Of a stretch of 32,000 nucleotides of DNA, positions 31,052 through 32,000 are shown piece after piece (the first letter of the stretch is position 1; each line of letters opens with the position of its first letter). The stretch is taken from sequence record JAQMWT010000697.1, one strand, 5' to 3'. Position numbers and translations under genes: made by a program. The notes below the pieces were generated by a model, which had not been told where the DNA came from, did not search any database, and worked only from the letters and a program-made list of their open reading frames with translations.

Positions 31052-32000
31052 AAAAGATACTTAAACTTGATTGTATTAATTTATTAAATAAAACTCGGCC
31101 TGGTGTAGTCAAAATATATTTAGTTAAAACCTCACCGGTAGTTGACCGCCGAATTTGACAATTATTGTATATCATAAGTACGCTCGAATCTGAAAATGGG
31201 ATTGTTTTTAAAAGACGGGATTCTTCTAAATTTTTCACAGCACCTGAGTAACGCAACCAAATAAAAGAGTGCAATTTTAAAATATTTGAATTGTAAGCAA
31301 ATATAACATCTTCTATATCAGAGAAATAATGATTATTTCCCAATTGATTTAATTTATATTGAGAAGTTAAATAATGGGTGCCTAATATCATATCTTGACT
31401 CGGTAATAATATTGGTTCTCCAGTAGCTGGGGAAATAAAATTATTCGGGCTTAACATTAATAAATATGCTTCAGCTTGTGCCATAATTGATAATGGTACA
31501 TGTATAGCCATTTGATCCCCATCAAAATCTGCATTAAAGGCAGGGCAAACAAGCGGATGTAATTTTATTGCTCGACCGTTAACAATAATTGGTTCAAATG
31601 CTTGAATACCTAAACGGTGTAAAGTAGGCGCACGATTTAAAAAAACTGGAAAACCATTTAAAATAATTTTAATTGTTTCCCAAACCCTAACATCTCGCCC
31701 ATTTATTAACTGCTTTGCAGTTTTCATATTACTAGCATAACCTTGTTTTAAAAGACGTTGAATAATAAATGGTTGAAATAATTCACAAACCATTTCATAC
31801 GGTAAACCACATTGATTTAATTTTAATTCAGGTCCCACGATAATAACTGAACGTCCTGAATAATCAACACGTTTTCCCAATAAATTTTGTCGAAAACGAC
31901 CTTGTTTTCCTGATAAAACATCTGATAAAGATTTCAAAGGCCGGTTATTAAGACCAACAGATTTTTTTTCTCGACGTCCATTATCAATTAGTGCATCCAC
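31044..32000 (-). CDS. rpoC1: RNA polymerase beta' subunit, C-terminal part (5' end lies beyond the window)
   Basis: ORF containing [39 protein letters not shown] and the catalytic [10 protein letters not shown]. Its TAA stop (31046-31044) overlaps the rpoC2 ATG (31051-31049) in the sequence ATGAATAA. Confidence 0.96.

Overview
This window is an AT-rich plastid (chloroplast) genome segment. It is not a bacterial accessory region. I annotate 40 protein genes, 4 tRNAs and a set of 3'-end stem-loops.

Gene order:
- Minus strand, 1-15207: psbB (5' part), then the fused str/alpha/spc/S10 ribosomal-protein supercluster: rps10-tufA-rps7-rps12-rpl31-rps9-rpl13-rpoA-rps11-rps13-rpl36-secY-rps5-rpl6-rps8-rpl5-rpl24-rpl14-rps17-rpl16-rps3-rpl22-rps19-rpl2-rpl23-rpl3.
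- 15529-32000: psaJ-psaF, trnF, psbD/psbC (overlapping), sufB, trnfM, psaD, trnS, trnD, dnaK, groEL, rps16, psaC, rps2, rpoC2, and rpoC1 (3' part).

Lineage: plastid-encoded dnaK, groEL, secY, sufB, psaD, psaF, tufA, rpl31 and rps10 indicate a red-algal-type plastid. A secondary red plastid, possibly haptophyte-like, is my guess. It rests only on gene content recalled from memory and needs a database search.

Gene identities come from conserved motifs in the supplied or hand-made translations. No similarity search was possible.

I see no CRISPR array, mobile element, defence island or other novel multi-gene system. This is largely ordinary, densely packed plastid DNA.

Points worth a second look:
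- dnaK has no canonical start codon; ATA sits at the position of Met.
- rpl4, rpl29 and rpl18 are cleanly absent from the ribosomal cluster.
- A 557-bp ORF-free island lies between rpl13 and rpoA, and a repeat-built spacer lies between rps9 and rpl13.
- All four convergent gene junctions carry a strong stem-loop.
- sufB has no adjacent sufC.
- The rpl36 sequence could serve as a lineage marker.
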